Shown in pieces: positions 63,207-64,000 of a stretch of DNA of 64,000 bases (positions are counted from its first letter, which is position 1; each line of letters begins with the position of its first letter). The stretch comes from a virus, in IMG/VR virus record IMGVR_UViG_3300019776_000365, positions 26,822 through 90,821 of that record; one strand, 5' to 3'. The translations under genes were made by a program, and so were the position numbers. The notes under the pieces were generated by a model. It saw only the letters and a program-made list of their open reading frames with translations, was not told where the DNA came from and did not search any database.

Positions 63207-64000
63207 GGAGTTCGCCAGGTAGCATAGAAATATGTTATATACAATTGGGAAATATCGGTGAAGGCCACCAATAAAAAGGCTAATACCGAGATGGATTTGA
63301 AAAATATAAAATGAAAAGTCATGAACTTGAAAGAAATTATAAAAACTCAAATTGATGCTGAATCAGCTATAATTGGAACTTTAATCGCAGATGGAAGTAT
63401 ATCATATAGCAGAAGAAACAGCAAAGGTAGTGTTGAAATTACACATACATCAAGAAATTTAGATTACTTAAAATTTAAAAAAGAAATATTTGAAATTATT
63501 GATGGCGTAAAATGTAACATAAAACCTAAAAATAAAATTACAGAAAATAAAACATATGAACTATTTAGATTAACAACAAATAATCACGATTTGTTTTCTA
63601 CATATAGAGATAAAATGTATGTAAAAGAATCTGATAAAAGAAGAAAGTTGTTAATAAAAGATCATTTAGAAAAGATGTCAGACCTTGGTTTATTTTTGTT
63701 GTATTTAGATGATGGCACAATGAGAGTTAGGTATTATGATGGAACTGATAGAATACGAGAAATAAAACTACTATTATGTTTAGATTCATTTAAACTAGAA
63801 GAATTAGTTATGATGAAGAATTGGTTTGTAGAAAGATATAATATACAACCAAACATAAACAAACATGGCAATGGGTATAGACTTGTATTTAGCACTCAAA
63901 AAACAAAAGATTTTTTGAATATAATTTCAAAATATCAAGATTTTGTTCCATCAATGAAATATAAATTTCTTGAATATTATAATCTATCGTAACGCATAGG
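63207..64000 (+). mobile_element. group I intron in the MCP gene (extends beyond the window)
   Basis: P1 CTGGT|GG...TCGCCAG with a U-G pair at the splice site; P/Q-like AATATCGGTGAA...AATACCGAG; contains an endonuclease ORF. Confidence 0.8.
63321..63992 (+). CDS. intron-encoded double-motif LAGLIDADG homing endonuclease
   Basis: AIIGTLIADGS and LFLLYLDDG motifs; PSMKYK near the C-terminus. Confidence 0.88.
   Translation: MNLKEIIKTQIDAESAIIGTLIADGSISYSRRNSKGSVEITHTSRNLDYLKFKKEIFEIIDGVKCNIKPKNKITENKTYELFRLTTNNHDLFSTYRDKMYVKESDKRRKLLIKDHLEKMSDLGLFLLYLDDGTMRVRYYDGTDRIREIKLLLCLDSFKLEELVMMKNWFVERYNIQPNINKHGNGYRLVFSTQKTKDFLNIISKYQDFVPSMKYKFLEYYNLS

Overview
AT-rich fragment of a crAss-like (Crassvirales-type) phage with a Bacteroidota host, inferred from gene content and TTTG-N19/20-TAnnTTTG promoters. 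Three blocks: (1) + strand 1-10568, two giant virion/ejection-type proteins; (2) - strand ~10630-43700, early/replication/nucleotide-metabolism genes, including a phiEco32-like amidoligase cluster and RNA-repair enzymes but no recognisable DNA polymerase; (3) + strand ~44000-64000, a tRNA cluster followed by terminase, portal, tail proteins, lysis genes and the major capsid gene, which is interrupted by a group I intron carrying a LAGLIDADG endonuclease. Main signal: the + strand genes read TGA as Trp. I count 22 in-frame TGAs, many at family-typical Trp positions, and these explain the fragmented ORF track. The - strand genes still use TGA as a stop. A tRNA-Trp-like gene with a UCA anticodon (44831-44901) sits at the head of the late block, suggesting a phage-controlled genetic-code switch that gates packaging and lysis genes. 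Other oddities: a stand-alone DnaE C-terminal-like protein, a tandem set of aberrant tRNA-like RNAs (one with a ~107-nt structured insert replacing the anticodon arm), and several candidate structured ncRNAs. All family calls come from motif recognition by eye; no searches were run.
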